Below are positions 1 to 12,514 of a stretch of DNA of 64,000 nucleotides, piece by piece. The stretch is from Sphyrna mokarran (lineage: Eukaryota): the NCBI GenBank assembly GCA_024679065.1, contig JAGIQG010000020.1, positions 45,384,001 to 45,448,000 on the forward strand. Direction: 5' to 3'. The number at the start of each line of letters is the position of its first letter. Positions within the stretch are counted from its first letter, which is position 1. Below the pieces are notes generated by a model. That model was not told the DNA's origin, made no database searches, and was given only the letters and a program-made list of their open reading frames with translations. Made by a program: the position numbers and the translations under genes.

Positions 1-1139
1 GGGAAGTTAAACTGAAAAGATCAGAACTCTATTCTCTCCTTGTGCATTCAATCATAGACCAACAGAAAAGAATATTCCTCTTCAGCATGCATCCACTGTT
101 GTAGACAAGAAAACCATCACTAGAAAAGTCTATTCTTTTGGTCAATCACAATTTTAGTTCTTTAAACCTTTCAAGACCCCTTGGTTCAAATGTGCTCTCC
201 TCAGACAAGCAGAAATCATCAGGATATCGAGCACAACCATTTTCAAAGGTATGCTTAAAGCAAGAAAGACTCAGTTATAGTGAAACTAATTTGATGCAGC
301 CTCACCCTATACATGTAGTTGTCACATACAACAGCTGTGTTAACAGAACCTTTCATCCTAGGTGTCAAAAAAACCATCCCTCATTTTCTCTCTTCCTTTT
401 CCCCTTCCAAACGTTCTTAGTAAAGTAACAACTTCCAATCAACAACTCTGGCACAATAAATAATGCAGTTAATCTTGATCACACATACATGCAGGCAGAT
501 ACTAAATTAAAACAGATACAAATGCAAAGCAATAACAAATAAAAATAATGTTTCCAAGGAGAATGAAGCTCTTAGCAGATTAATTTCACAAAATAACAAC
601 ACTTCATTAAATTAAATCAGATTTACAAATATTGCATTTTAGAATTTTAGGCTAATACCTGGCATATAAAGGTAGTTGATATAGGAAGCAATTTGGAGCA
701 TTTTACTTTGCTATTAAAATAATCATAGCAGTGATCACAGGAAAATGACAAACTTAATTTATCAAAAATGAGGAGCAATGGGAAAATATGACAGGCACCA
801 ATACATGACACCACTGCAAAAACTGGCACTGTATTAAAATCACATTTTTCACGAGGTCCAACAAGAAAACAAGTTACTTTTCTACAATATTAGGAATCAA
901 AAATAAATTCCCAAAAATTGCATTAGTGAGCATTTCAGCGTCAGACTAACATTACATTTGTAGTCTCAATCCACAGCAGTGACCCTAAACTGTATTATTC
1001 CATAAAATGCCTTTTTTCTTATTTGTTCATGGAATGTGAAGATCATTGACAAGGCCAGCATTTGTTGCCCAACCCTATTTGCCTTTAAAAGGGTTTTGGG
1101 AGCCATCTTCTTCAACGACTGCACTCCACGTCCAAACGC

Positions 1140-1690
1140 AGCAAGACCTGGACAATATCCAACTTGGGTTGAAAAGTAAACTTTATGCAACAAGTGCCAG
1201 GCAATGACTATCTCCAGCAAGACAAGCCAACAATTACCATGCACATTCAATAATATTGCCATCACTGAATCCTTCATTATCAACATCCTGGAGCTACACT
1301 GACCAGAAACTGAATTAGATCAGCCATATCAATACTGTGGCTATAAGAGCAGGTCAAAGGTTTGGAATTCTGTGGCAAGTAACTCATCTGATTCCCCAAA
1401 GTCTGTTCACCAATTAAAAAGCACAAGTCAGAAGTGTGATGGAATACTGTCTACAGCTCCAACAACACTTGAAGCTTGACACCATCCAGAACAAAGCTTG
1501 ATTCTCACCCCATCCACAAACATTCAGTCTTCCACCAGCAATACAAAGTGACAGCAGTGTGTACCACGTACAAGTTGCACTGCAGGAATCCAGCAAGGCT
1601 CCTTCCAAACCCATGACTGCTACCATCTAGAAGAACAAGGATAGCAGATTCATGGGAACACCACTGCTACCAATCCCCATCCTGACTTTA
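1140..1690 (+). mobile_element. Degenerate non-LTR LINE 3' fragment (L2/Crack-like RT C-terminus)
   Basis: Degenerate LG..IDQKLN..SHINTVA.RAGQR.GIL...KAQVRSVMEY; homologous to the minus copy at 34530-35950. Confidence 0.65.
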
Positions 1691-1914
1691 TATCTGTACC
1701 TGGGAATGTGTCAGCTGCTTATTTGGGGGGATAGCTTACATGTCAACAATATTCTTAATTAAATTTTGTTTTTGATAAAAGTTCCTTGTGGATCAGTTGA
1801 ACCACACCCAAGGTGAAACCTCTCACACTCACCTTAGCCAAACTCAACGTAACACATTACAGGTTAGGTGAGCTTCACAGAATACCCTGAAGTATCCAAC
1901 CTGATTTGTAACAT

Positions 1915-2113
1915 CCCTGTGTCTGCTTGGGTTTGCTCTGTGCTCCAGTTTCCTCCCACAGCCTGAAAGATGTGCTGGTTAGGTGCATTGGCCATACTAA
2001 ATTCTCCCTCAGTGCACCCGAACAGCGCTGGAATGTGACAACTAGCGGATTTTCAAAGTAGCTTCTTTGCTGTGTTAATTCAAGCTACCAGTGACATTAA
2101 TAAATAAACTTTA
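1915..2113 (+). mobile_element. 5'-truncated V-domain SINE with tail type B
   Basis: V-domain core ggtttcctcccacag...gttaggtgcattggccatactaaatt followed by tail ...gtgacattaataaataaacttta. Confidence 0.75.
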
Positions 2114-2494
2114 AAAATAGGCTTGTAATTTCTCGCTATGGGGGTGTAGTGGTTATGGTAATGCCCAGCAACCTACAACTCATGAGATCAAACCACAACA
2201 GTGCAAGCTGTGAAACCAATTTTTAAAATCTGGTCACTTGAGCCTCATGCTATCGGAATAATTACAAAGTCAAGATCCTCACAGAAACCATGGGTTTTGG
2301 GTAGATGTGGGGCTTAAAATGAAACAATGTGGCGAGGCATAGGATCCTGACCAGTGGGGAGGGGGAGGGGGCTGAATTTTTTTTTTCTTTTTACAAGCAG
2401 AAGCCAAAGCTGAGGAGGTCGAAGAGCCAGTAGGCAACCTTAGCCAGCGAGGCCATTGAGCTTGCCTCAGGAGTGCAAGCCTGAAAGGGCCAGG

Positions 2495-2866
2495 CAAGAA
2501 ACTACAAAGGGTCGTGAACAAAGCCCAGTAATCACTCAAACCATTGAAACTGTCTACGCTTCCTGCTGGCTTGGATTAAAAGCCCCATGCATCCCAGACA
2601 TTCTCTCTTCCATCTTGGGAAAAAGGTAACAAAAGTCTGAGAACATGTACCAACCAACTCAAGAACAGTTTCATCCCTGCTGCCATCAAACTTTTGAAAA
2701 GACCTACTTTGCATTAAGTTGATCTTTCTCTACACCGTGGTTATACTACATTCTGCACCCTCATCTCCTTTTCCATGAACTGTATAATTTGTCTGTATAG
2801 CGCGCGAGAAACAATACTTTTCACTGTACATCAATATGTATGACAATAATAAATCAAATCAAATCA
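2495..2866 (+). mobile_element. Rex1/Babar-like LINE 3' end with (TCAAA)n tail
   Basis: KKLQRVVNKAQ...TNQLKNSF.PAAI motifs and tail tgacaataataaatcaaatcaaatcaa; homologous copies at 42265 and 43225. Confidence 0.75.
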
Positions 2867-4559
2867 AGGCGCTGGACAGCACTCATCGAAGGCAGCAGCA
2901 CAACGGCTGACAACTCTCAAGCCAGGACTAAGGATGGATAGGTAAGCTGAAAGTATAGAAAAAACAGCAGCAATTTCTGACCCAGGGCTAGAGAGACAGC
3001 GAATGAGTCAGCACAACTCCCAAGGTCAGTGTCAAGCAGAACTCAAGTGAGGCACAAAGAGGTGCCAGTAGTCACCAAGGGGAGGAACACAATGAGATAA
3101 CTTGACCAGGCCAGTTGGGTTAGGCAACAAGCCAAGGGTGAGGCAAGGAGGTCAGATAGCCAGACAAGAAGACAGAGTGAGCCAGCACAACTGTGAGGCC
3201 GCCATCATGCAGAGTTCAAGATGAAGTGCAACTGAGGGCCCGGGAGCCACCAGTGGGTGTCAAAGGAAGCAGCAGGCAAGGTGACACTCGGGTCAGGGCT
3301 GAAGAGGGTTTCAGACTTTTAATTATATTTTAGCCAGAATCCCTCAATGCTTTATGATTCCACAGCCGTGGAAAACCTCCTCAGAACGTTTTACATTCCA
3401 GGTTCTGAGGGTAGGGAAGTCACAGACTGGCTATAATTTCAATAGTGCAGTCTGTAAACACAATAAAGTTGGAGGGGAATACAATGGTGCAGCGTTGTAA
3501 GCACTGCATCACTCAGATATGGTTTCAAGAACAGGATTTTCAGAACTGATTACAACTTGCATGTACTAATGTGTAAAAAACACAGCTAATCAGAAACCTC
3601 AAATAATATTGCATTCCGCACTTTCCAATATGTTTTGCTATTTGTTTTCTGGCAATTTTAAACAGGCAAGTGCTGAGGAGATTTGAGAGGTTGTAAATTT
3701 TGGCCAGTTTCTTCCAATTTGACCAAATTTTTTTTTAAGTGTTAACTGGGCTGGAAGGACATTGGATATTTTGCCTTTTTGTTATCAGTCTTTTTTTTAA
3801 ACAAACTAGTTACTCCATTCAAAAATGCCTTCTGCTCCTGTTAAATCTCAGTATACTGCTGCTATCCCCCACAAATAAGCAGCTGACACATTCCCAAGTA
3901 CATATATAGCTCTAGGGTTGGCCTGTCAAAAATGGCCTCACAATACTATAAAATTCAACGAGCTTACTTATATCTCAGTCTTCATAGAAATTGACTTGTG
4001 TTATCAACCAAGGTCATACTGGAATGGCTCTAAAAAAGACTCAGGTACTGTAAATTCAAAGTTACTTAACTATCAATCAATATCTATAACCGGCACTGAT
4101 TTTCAGTATATTTTCAAATCAATGTTGACTTCTCAGTCCAACCCCAGCCATGCCCCCTCAAATCCCAAGGGAGCGCTAAAGAAGTGGGTTAATGCAGCAA
4201 TTGTATCAAAGATGATTGCTAATAAATATGTTAAAGGGAGGAATCTGCTCCAAAAGTCAATCTGCACTTGAAAAGTCAAAATCACAAACAATGGCAGTTA
4301 TGAAAATGGAAGGGAACATTGTCTCTTGTCAGTTCCAGCAGTTAGCTCATGAGTTCTGAGATGTTCAAGAAGTCACTTTGACAGGACAAGCACAACTCAA
4401 TCAGACCAGAAAGGAGAGAAAAATCAGAGCATAGCTTACCCATATAAAGCAAAATCATCCTTACAACAACATACAATTATATAATATCACAGAAAGACAA
4501 AGAAAATGGGACACTGAGGCAGGGTTTGAGAAAGTCAGAATGTTCCAAAGACTCTCAAC

Positions 4560-5265
4560 CCTCAGAAGAAATTCCTCCTCATCTTAGTCTTAAATTGGTG
4601 CCCCTTTATTCTGAGACTACGATTCCTAGTCCAAGACTCTTCACGAGGAGGCAGCATCCGCTCAGCGGTTACCCTGTCAAGCCCCTTAAGAATCATATGT
4701 TTCAATGAGATCACCTCCCATTCTTCTAAATTCCAACGAGTAGATCCCAACCTGTTTAATCTCTCCTTATAAGACAAGCCCTCCATACCAAGGATAATCC
4801 CAGTGAAGCTTCTCTGAACTGCCTCCAACAAATGATAATTTTCCTTAAATAAAGGAAGTGAAACTGCTCACTGTGGTTTTACCAATATCTTGTACAGCTG
4901 CAGAAAGACCTCCCCACTCTCATACTCCAACCTCCTTGAAATAAGGGGCAACATTCCTTTAGCCTTCCCGATTACCTGCTGCACCTATGTGCTAACTTTG
5001 TGTTTCGTGCACAAGTGTCCCCAAGTCCCTTTGTCTTGCAACTTTGTGCAGTTTTTCTCCATTTAAATAATACTCTCGTCTTTTGTTCTCCCTCCCTAAA
5101 TGAACAAATTCACATTTTGCCCACTTACTTAGCCTATCAATATCTCTTTGTAAACTGTATCCCTCTCGCAATTTGCCTCTATTTTTGGATCGTCAGCAAA
5201 TGCGGCCAAAATACATTCACTTCCTTCCTCCAAGTCAGTAATACATATTGCAAACAGTGGATGAT
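4560..5265 (-). mobile_element. CR1 LINE RT/3' fragment
   Basis: ORFs with FADD-like and LEAVQRSFT..I.GMEGLSYKERL motifs. Confidence 0.85.
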
Positions 5266-5913
5266 ATCTCTGGGGAGCTAAGCCAAAGATTTCAGAGGGT
5301 ATATAGAGGTGAAGAGAAAGAAACAATATAACTGCCTGCCTTGGGTAATACTTGAATTGTTTATGACAATATTTATATGTTACAAGGGGGGGCTCATAAC
5401 AACATGATCATTTGTGTTTAATATAGAAACCACAGTGACATTGCAGTCTGGGTCATTGACTCCATTTCTGCCTGTATTGGTCTTACTGATCATTAGACTC
5501 AGTTCATTAGCAGTGCAGTGTAAAAGTGTTTACAAAAATTAAATAAAATAGATGTTGAAATGCATGACTCTTCACAATGTGCATTTGAAAATATAAAATG
5601 AAATCTTCCTCGAATTACAATGCAAAATTCCACAATGATTTAACAATTATTGTATTTCTCCAACAAGGAAACAAGCACAATGGAGCAGTACACAGCACTG
5701 AATCAGTACAGGCCTGTACAAGTAGCAGCTTCATCTGACCAGCAAAACAAAACATTGCCACTGGCACTTACTATCACCACCTCTCAACCGATGCAGCTTT
5801 CACATTTGTGATTTTTTAAATATATTTAAGTAAATAAAAATGATTCTTAAATACCTGAGGAAGAATAATTTGAGAGAACTTAACATAAGTAAAACTTGGT
5901 GCTGATTACTCAC

Positions 5914-6049
5914 CATTTATGTCGACTCCTGTGACAGATAACCCAGACACAGCTGCTTCATCAGGAAGCTCCTCTTTGCTCCCAGCAGTTACAGTGTGCG
6001 TTGAATTTGACAGCAAGACATCCTGTTCCTGGGACGGGGCTTCCATCAT
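5914..6049 (-). CDS. First coding exon (coding part) of an unidentified minus-strand gene: MMEAPSQEQDVLLSNSTHTVTAGSKEELPDEAAVSGLSVTGVDIN-(G); full exon 5914-6280
   Basis: Acceptor ttttccacag| at 6281/6280 and donor G|gtgagt at 5914/5913. ATGATGG start (second ATG has A at -3 and G at +4). 45 open codons, phase-1 end, unique non-repeat sequence. No family recognised and no next coding exon found in 1-5913. Confidence 0.6.
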
Positions 6050-6699
6050 TCTACACACTTGGCAGTGAGTGATGACACTTTACAGAGCTTCTCACAATAA
6101 GCCAAAAGTCACTTTGTGCCATTAAAAGGAAAAAGTTCTGCTCTCAGAACAGTTCAAGAGATTATGAAGAGTTTGAAATGCAGCACCATGATCCGTCAGC
6201 TGGAAGCTGTAACATTTGGCAGATTCCAATGCATTGAGAATTGAGGTGTTTCCTACAGAATTCGTAAGATATTGCAGGCACTGTGGAAAAACAGTACATT
6301 AAATCAGTGTACATTACAGTAGAGGGCTAACATGACAACAATAAATCAAATCAAGAGAGAAAAGAGAAACTATTGGGGATAATTCCATTATTTTCAAATC
6401 ATGTTAATCTTTTTTGGGCCTGCTCAGTGCTAAGTGCAGCATTTAAAATAATTATTCCCTAATTTACCAGCAGAGCTTTCTATAGTGAAACAAAGAAAGA
6501 CTTGTATTTATATAGTGTCTGTCACAGCTTCAGGGTGCCCAAAGATGGTTCAGAGCCAGTAAAATATTTGTAATGTATAATTACTATTGTAACGTGGAAA
6601 TTTAAACTGCAGTTTAAATCAATTCAATGAAAAGATTTAACACAATATGTTGGATTATTCTGTAACACAAGCATGGCTACAATCAGGTTTATTTGCATT

Positions 6700-7250
6700 T
6701 GTTTCCTTGTTATGTATTTTTATGACTATGATATAACATACAGTGAAAAGTACCGTTTCTTGCATGCTATACAGACAAAGCATACTTTGTCATGGAGTGA
6801 CATTTCCTTCTCAGAGAAGGAAATGAAAGAGTGCAGAAATATAGTGTTATAATCATAGTTAGGGTGCAGAAAAAGATCAACTTAGTGCAATAAATCCATT
6901 CAAAAGTCTGACAGCAGCAGGGAAGAAGCTGTTCTAGAGTCAATTGGTACATAATTTCAGACTTATGCATTTTTTTCTCTGGAAGAGAGAATGTCCAGGG
7001 TGCATAGAGTCTTTAATTATCCTGGCTGCTTTGCTGAGACAGTGGGAATCTAGATATAATCAATAGACAGGAGGCTGATTTGCATGATGGATTGGGCTAC
7101 ATTCATGACCTTTTGTAGTCCCTTGCATCTTGGGCAGAGCAGGAGTCACAGCAAACCGTGATAAAACAGAAAGAATGCTTTCTATGGTGCATCTGTAAAA
7201 GTTGGAGAGAGTTGTAGCTGACATGCCAAATTTCTTTAGTCTTCTGAGAA
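6700..7250 (-). mobile_element. Rex1/Babar-like LINE 3' fragment
   Basis: Reverse complement of the family at 2495-2866 and 25968-26420. Confidence 0.75.
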
Positions 7251-7709
7251 TTCCACTAATAATCTAATCTAAAAATATTAAAGTAAATTCTGCTGTGATA
7301 CTACAATTATATTGCGCTAGAGTAAATTTGATAACAGTTTGAAAATACAGTTAACACATTGGCAAAGAAGGTTTTGAAAATGAAGAAAATACTGGCATCA
7401 AACATACTAAATCTACATAACAATAATAGAAAAGGTAATGAATACTTTGATAATAGTTAAAAGCCTTAAAGTCACCTGAACCTATATAGGTTTAATAGCA
7501 ATCAGCAGTTTGCAGGTTCTGCTGAGCCAGATCTTGAACTTCATCTAACAGGCCAGTTGTCTAACTGTTGGTACATTTTTCACCCATCAAAAACACTTAC
7601 CATCATAACAATTGAAATCAATTGAGAAAAAATTATACATTTCACAATGTGTGACAGCCCCATTTATAAATCGTAATGTGAGTTGGCTGTAATCAGAATT
7701 TGCAGCAAC

Positions 7710-8880
7710 ATAACTTGCATTTATATAGCAGCATTAATGCAGCAAAATATTTGAAGACACTTTTGATTTTTACAAAATTTATTTGATTTGTCATCACACA
7801 TTAGCATACAGAGAAAAGTATTGTTTCTTGCGCACAATATAGACAGAGCATACCATACATAGAGAAGGAGACAGTGCAGATTGTAGTGTTACAGTCATAG
7901 CTAGGGTGTAGAGAAAGATCAACTTAGTGCAAGGTAAGTCCATTCAGAAGTCTGGTGGCATCATGGAAGATGTTCTTGAATTGGTTGGTACACAACTGCA
8001 GACTTTTGCATCTTTTACCCAACGGAAGAATGTGGATGACAGAATGTCCAGGATGGAAGATTTCTCAAGAGTATTAAACAAAATTTGAATGGAGAAATAT
8101 AGAAATAATCAGACAAAGCATCAATAGGCAGGATTTAAGGAGCCTTTTAAAGTTCAAAAAAATGGAGAGGTTTAGACAGGGTATTCCACAGCTCGGGACC
8201 CAAATGTCTGAAGACAAAGCTATTAATGATGGATTGATGAAACTGGGGGTACAAAGAAGGCCAGAATTCATTCTTATTCATTCATGGAACATAGGCACTA
8301 CTGGCTGGGCCACCATTTGCTGCCCATCCCAAATTGCCTTTCAATTTTCATTATCAAGCACTCTGCTGTGGGTTTGGAGTCACACTTAGGCTAGAGCGGG
8401 TAAGGACAGCAGATTTCCTTCTCGAAAGGACATTAGTGAATGTTACAACAATCGACATTGATTATCATTAGACTTTTAATTCCAGATTTTTATTGAATTC
8501 AAATTTCACCATCTGTCATGGTGCAGTTCGAATCAGAGTCCCAGAGAATCAGAGAACCAGAATTGTGCTGGGTGTCTGGATTACTGCTCCAATAACCAAA
8601 GTATGCTACTGCCTACCCTAAATTGGAAGAGCATGGAGGGTTGTAGAGTTAGAGCAAGTTACAGAGAGGGGTGAATCGATGGAGGGATTTGATTTTAAGA
8701 ACAGAGTTCCTGCCAGGCAGGAACCAATGTAGGTCAGTCAGCACAGGAGTGAAGATTAATGGAACTTGGAGCAGATTGGGATATGAGCAACAGGACCTTG
8801 GATGAGTTAAAGCTGGCCAGCAAAGCTTTAGAATAGTCAAGCTTACAAGGCAATTAAGATACTTAATAACACAGCAGACA
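7710..8880 (-). mobile_element. L2-like LINE 3' remnant with nested Rex/Babar (7770-8055) and tRNA-SINE (8270-8620)
   Basis: Tail ttgcatttatatagc and body ccaatgtaggtcagtcagcacagg shared with copies at 16808-17255 and 57295-58210. Confidence 0.6.
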
Positions 8881-9929
8881 ACTCAGATTGTCATTGGCGA
8901 ATGAAGGCTGAGAGGAAACTCGATAGAATTAGTCAAGATCCTGAGGGGTATGAACAGAGTAAATAGTGCAAAACTGTTCCCACTCAAGGGAGAATCAAGA
9001 ACCAGAGGGTACAGATTCAAAATAATTGGCAAAAGGAGTAAAAGTGATGAGAGTCTTTTCACCCAGAAGGTGATTAATGGAACTTCCTGAGTGTGTGTCA
9101 GAGGCAAATTTGATCAAGATATTCTAAAGGTAATTGGATTGCTACCTGAAAAGCAAGAATGTGCAAGTTACAGTGGTAAGATAGACTAGACAGAGTGCTC
9201 TTTCAGAGAGCCGATGCAGATTCCTGTACTGCAAAGATTCTGTGTTTCCTCCCCCTTTAAAAATGGAATGACTCAATAGTTTGAATCAAGCAATGGAAAA
9301 GATGCAGTAAAGTAGGAACTTATTACTGGAACAAATGAATCATATAATTTAAAGTCACTAAAACTAAGGATTAGATTGTAATTCACCAAACAAGTGGAAT
9401 CTCTTGCAGCAACAGAGCAAGCTCTGTCAATGCTGCTTCCCAATCAATACAGAAAGTTGTTGAAAATACTGCCAACTGTACAGAAAAAAATCTTAATTTA
9501 TAGCCATCAAAATAAAAAGAAATCCAATTATTTGGTCAATGTTATTACGCTGGGACATGAAAATTCTTGAATTGACAACTAGAAGTTTATGATTGACATC
9601 AGAAAATTCCCTATTAGTTTCCAGTGGGCTGCACACAGATCTTGCTCGAGTTGCCGAAAGTTAGCTACCCAGAGACGTGTACAGCAGCCCAATAAAAAAC
9701 CCTTCACATATTCATTTTTCATTTCCCCTTTCTTCTTTATGGTTAGCCATGTGGCTTGTGCTCAACACTGCCTGAGGCCAGAGAGGAAGAACATAATCAC
9801 TCCACTAAACTGCCCAAGAACTTTGAAAGATAGAGGGGAAATCCTTATTTACAAACTCCATCGGCGAAAACTTGCATCAACACATTGTACTATTATTGAT
9901 TTATAAAGAGATTTTCTTTTACAGCCAGA

Positions 9930-10430
9930 CATCTCAAAGCATTTTACAGCCACAGAGATACATTTTGAAATGTTATCACTGCTGTTATGTCAGAAACACT
10001 GCAATTTGTTCACAGCAAGTTCCCAGCATTGCAATGATAACCATATAATTAACCATATAATATTTTAGAACCATAAAATCCCTGCTGTACAGGAGGCCAG
10101 AGCATCCAGTGAAACCCACAAGATACAGGGAGAGCATGCAAACTCCAAACAGATAGTCACGCAAGACTAGAATCAAAGCTGGGTCTTTGGCACAATGAGG
10201 CAGCAGTGCTAAGCACTGTGCCATATATTTTCTGTGATATCGATTGAGGGATAAATAACAGTCAGGGCATGAAGGGTAATGCAGCTGCTCTTCCTCCAGA
10301 TTGTATTATGGGATATTTTATATCTACCTAAAAAAAGATAGAGCCTTGGTTTGACACCTCATCTATACACGGTGCCTTCAACATTGCAACGTTGAAGTAT
10401 TAACTTCAATTTTTGTGCTCAGTTGTAGAG
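9930..10430 (-). mobile_element. Deu-domain SINE (SacSINE1/AmnSINE1-like) interrupted by a V-SINE (10070-10224)
   Basis: Reverse complement of the Deu core (atttatccctcaa; ttgctgtg.acaaattg) and aaagcattttacagcc tail. Confidence 0.65.
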
Positions 10431-10769
10431 TGGGCTGATTTTCCAGTTCACTGGTAGGAACACTAATGGAGATCTTTGCACTTGCTGTACATTTCTGCTG
10501 AATAACTGCGCAATGTAGCTTGGACTGTTCTGTCATTACAAAAACTAAAATTATATAACAGAAGTTGTATTGGAAACTTACTTTATTACACTTCAAAAAA
10601 ACTTTTAAATTAGCTACATCCCAAATTTAACCTTTAAAAAGCTCAGGTGTTTCCAGTAAGAACTTTGTGATTGTGATATGATCCCATTGACATTTGAACT
10701 AAAGCAAAATAAACAAAGTCTGATCCACATCAACGATCACATTAACACTGTCTTGTCTTGTCACATCAC

Positions 10770-11690
10770 AAAATAAGAATGTCAAAAAGTTGGAGCAGCA
10801 GAAAACCATACAGCCCATTACATTTGCTCCAACATTCAACATCATCACAAATCATGGGGTTTAACACCATTTTCCTATTCCCCATAGCACCGATTCCCAA
10901 AAGACTAAAAATCTGTCTATCCTTAAATATATTTATACCCCTCAAGACCAGACAATTCCAAAGATTCACAACCCTTTGAATGAGTTAATTTCTCTTCATG
11001 ACAGACCTAAATGGTCAGCCCCTTACACTGAAACTATTCCCCCCAGATTCTAGATTCACTGGTCAAGGGAAACTCTCTCAGTATTTATTCTGTCAAGCCC
11101 CTTTATAATCTTCAATGAAGTCACCTCGCATGCTTCCAAACTCCAGAAATTAGACCCAATTTTCTCATTGGTCATAGGTTAACCCTCACACCCTAGGGAC
11201 TAAGCTAGTAAACCTTCATTCTACTGCCTCCAGTACATGTATATTCTTTCTTAAAGGAGGAGGTCAAAATTGCACCCACTCTTCCAAGTGTGATCACTCC
11301 AATGCCCCATTCAACTGAAGTAAGACTTCTTAATTCTTACACTAAACATTAATATATAATTTGCCATCCTAACTGCTTGTTGTATCTGCTGTTGCATCGG
11401 AGCAGGAGTACGCCATTCAGCCCCTTGAAACTGTTCTATTATTCAATTTAAACATAGCTGATCACTATCAAAACTCCATTTACCAATTTAGTTCCATTCC
11501 CTTCAATACCTTTCCCCAATGTAAGTTCCGTTGTCTCAGCATCTGCCACCTATTAGAGAATAGAATTCTAGATTTCTACAACCCTTTTAGAGCAGTGCTT
11601 TCCAATTTACCTTCTGAATGGTTTAGTTCTAATTTTAAGATCGCGTTCCCTGATTCTCGATTTCCCAACTAGAGGAATAGTTTCCCTGTA
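10770..11690 (-). mobile_element. Two degenerate CR1 3' fragments
   Basis: CR1 3' UTR motif ggccattcagccc and RT C-terminal remnants. Confidence 0.7.
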
Positions 11691-11697
11691 TCTACCA

Positions 11698-12005
11698 GGG
11701 TGGCATGGTGACACGGTGTTAGCACTGCTACCTCACAGCACAAGGGATCCAGGTTTAATTCCAACTTCAGGTCACTCTCTGTGTGGAGTTTGTATGTTCT
11801 CCCTCTGCCTGCATGGGAATCCTGCAGGTGCTCTGATTTCCTCCCAGACTCCAAAAACATGCAGATAGTGGACTGGCCATACTAAATTGTTTCTTTAGTA
11901 TCAGGGAGATTAACAGGGTAAATACATGGGGTTACAGGGATAGGGTCTGATGGGATTGTTGTCGATGAGCCACATTTGTCTTCTTCTGCACTGTAGGGAT
12001 TCTAT
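11698..12005 (+). mobile_element. Full-length tRNA-derived V-SINE (HE1-like), CR1-type tail
   Basis: A/B-box-like head (tggtgacacggtgttagc ... ggtttaattcc), V core, tail cttctgcactgtagggattctat. Confidence 0.85.
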
Positions 12006-12204
12006 TTTTTTCAGCATTTTAAACACTGCAATTAGCTCACCCCACAATCTTTTCATGAAGTTGTATTGCAGTTTTAGCTCCATCAGTCATGCATCGCAAA
12101 TCCTAAAAATAGCAGGACACAAGCATTTCCTTTACTACATTTGCCAACTAAAATCTGCAATAATATCAGAAGGGTTTGATTCTCTCTTTGGCAAAATTCA
12201 TTGA

Positions 12205-12514
12205 ATCACAGAATCCCTACAGTGCAGGAGATTGCCATTCAGCCCATCTGCACCGATTACAATCCCACCCAGGCCCGATTCCAGTAACCACGTACTTTTA
12301 AACTGCTAATCCCCTAACACTACTGTTAATTTAGCATGGCCAATCAACTTAATCCACACATCTTTGGACTGTGGAGGGAATCAGAACACCTGGAGGAAAC
12401 CCATGCAGAGACAGGGAAAAAGTACAAACTCCACACAGACAGTGACCCAAGGCTGGAATTGAACCTGGGACTCTGGCACTGAGATAACAGTGCTAACCAC
12501 TGTGCCACCATGAC
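12205..12514 (-). mobile_element. Full-length V-SINE (HE1-like), CR1-type tail
   Basis: Reverse-complement copy of the same family. Confidence 0.85.

Noticed and set aside
138-428. 96-aa plus-strand ORF
   Set aside because: Non-ATG start, no recognisable domain or splice context; lies antisense within the minus gene's intron.
306-712. Candidate next minus-strand exons (~306-357 and ~659-710) with plausible splice sites
   Set aside because: Both hit a stop within 1-2 codons when joined in phase 1 to the 5914 exon.
6122-6280. 52-codon open frame from the acceptor (CLQYLTNSVG...SRTFSF*)
   Set aside because: No in-frame ATG is supplied by the 13446-13514 exon; no recognisable homology.
11698-11770. 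tRNA gene (also SINE heads at 29545 and 60605)
   Set aside because: A/B-box-like heads continue into SINE bodies; no intact cloverleaf.
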